A DNA stretch of 64,000 bases from a virus (lineage: Duplodnaviria > Heunggongvirae > Uroviricota > Caudoviricetes), in the IMG/VR virus record IMGVR_UViG_2609459826_000002; one strand, written 5' to 3'. Numbering within the stretch: position 1 is the stretch's first letter; the number at the start of each line of letters is the position of its first letter. Positions 62,741-64,000 of this stretch are shown here, in pieces. The translations under genes were made by a program, and so were the position numbers. A model generated the notes under the pieces. The model did no database searches. It was given only the letters and a program-made list of their open reading frames with translations, and was not told where the DNA came from.

Positions 62741-63262
62741 ATGAAATCATTAACCACAGTGCGTAAAAAAAGCCCTAATTATCCCGTTGAGTTCAAAATC
62801 AAAATGGTTGAACTCTCGCATCGACCAGATATCCGAGTCTTTGCGTTTGCCAGCGAGGATAAGGAGTACCAACCGTTACTCGATGATATTCTGGATGGTC
62901 CAATGGTTGGGCGTTTTGATACTGAGGAAGCCGGAAAGGCTTTGATCGATGGTGGATTGATTGAGCGTTTGATGTCAACTATCATGCCCTTTATCACTTC
63001 AGAGGCCCCTCTACCCGATACGCATCTACGTCGGGAAACAACCTGGTATTATCCACTGGAAGCTATTCGCGAAACTGTTGTAAATGCACTGGCTCATCGT
63101 GACTGGACACGCTTTGTTGAGATAGAGATTGGCTTGTATAGCAATCGATTTGAAGTTATTAGCCCAGGGGCGCTGAATAATTCGATGTCGATTGAAAAGA
63201 TGGTTACAGGTCAGCGATCACCACGCAATACGATTATTATGGAAGTCTTACGTGATTATGGT
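62741..63262 (+). pseudogene. mosaic remnant: IS OrfA-like N-terminus fused to a RecG-like (HATPase_c_4-type) C-terminal fragment
   Basis: KSPNYPVEFKIKMVEL resembles IS transposase OrfA HTH start; remainder (WYYPLEAIRETVVNALAHRDW...RNTIIMEVLRDYG) resembles C-terminus of divergent-AAA/RecG-like regulators; reading frame runs into IS1. Confidence 0.4.
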
Positions 63263-64000
63263 GGTGATGCTGCCAACTTACTGATTTAGTGTATGATGGT
63301 GTTTTTGAGGTGCTCCAGTGGCTTCTGTTTCTATCAGCTGTCCCTCCTGTTCAGCTACTGACGGGGTGGTGCGTAACGGCAAAAGCACCGCCGGACATCA
63401 GCGCTATCTCTGCTCTCACTGCCGTAAAACATGGCAACTGCAGTTCACTTACACCGCTTCTCAACCCGGTACGCACCAGAAAATCATTGATATGGCCATG
63501 AATGGCGTTGGATGCCGGGCAACTGCCCGCATTATGGGCGTTGGCCTCAACACGATTTTCCGCCATTTAAAAAACTCAGGCCGCAGTCGGTAACCTCGCG
63601 CATACAGCCGGGCAGTGACGTCATCGTCTGCGCGGAAATGGACGAACAGTGGGGATACGTCGGGGCTAAATCGCGCCAGCGCTGGCTGTTTTACGCGTAT
63701 GACAGGCTCCGGAAGACGGTTGTTGCGCACGTATTCGGTGAACGCACTATGGCGACGCTGGGGCGTCTTATGAGCCTGCTGTCACCCTTTGACGTGGTGA
63801 TATGGATGACGGATGGCTGTCCGCTGTATGAATCCCGCCTGAAGGGAAAGCTGCACGTAATCAGCAAGCGATATACGCAGCGAATTGAGCGGCATAACCT
63901 GAATCTGAGGCAGCACCTGGCACGGCTGGGACGGAAGTCGCTGTCGTTCTCAAAATCGGTGGAGCTGCATGACAAAGTCATCGGGCATTATCTGAACATA
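63263..64000 (+). mobile_element. IS1 (second copy, same orientation; right end beyond window)
   Basis: Begins GGTGATGCTGCCAACTTACTGATTTAGTG; insA 63318-63593; insB runs to window edge. Confidence 0.9.
63318..63593 (+). CDS. insA: IS1 InsA
   Basis: 91 aa, same as copy 1 with few substitutions. Confidence 0.85.
   Translation: MASVSISCPSCSATDGVVRNGKSTAGHQRYLCSHCRKTWQLQFTYTASQPGTHQKIIDMAMNGVGCRATARIMGVGLNTIFRHLKNSGRSR

Overview
The window reads as an Enterobacteriaceae (E. coli/Shigella-type) chromosomal integration hotspot built on the 3' end of tRNA-Thr(CGU), with three modules. All product calls come from reading the supplied translations and DNA by eye; no database or HMM search was run. 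(1) 1-29.3 kb: one arm of a lambdoid prophage, almost all on the minus strand, with a contractile-tail module, HK97-type head and packaging genes, a lysis cassette, two orphan DNA methyltransferases, a replication/immunity region and a xis-int pair ending at a 49-nt tRNA-Thr 3' fragment (29312-29360). (2) 29.5-41.7 kb: a P4-type integrase island with AlpA, AT-rich cargo genes, a YagK/YfjJ-like gene, a HigA-like HTH gene and a type I R-M operon (hsdM-hsdS-X-hsdR) carrying an extra, translationally coupled gene X. (3) 42-64 kb: an IS1-bounded sugar-catabolism module (rafR-rafA-rafB-rafD, a crr-like IIA gene, a 5'-truncated porin paralog, scrK-scrY-scrA-scrB-scrR) with nested IS debris and a group II intron. 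The best candidate for an undescribed system is an AT-rich two-gene cassette at 16104-18493 (NA37/YejK-like protein plus a membrane-anchored protein) inserted in opposite orientation between the prophage late operon and Q; gene X inside the R-M operon is the second candidate. No CRISPR array, rRNA or complete tRNA gene was seen.
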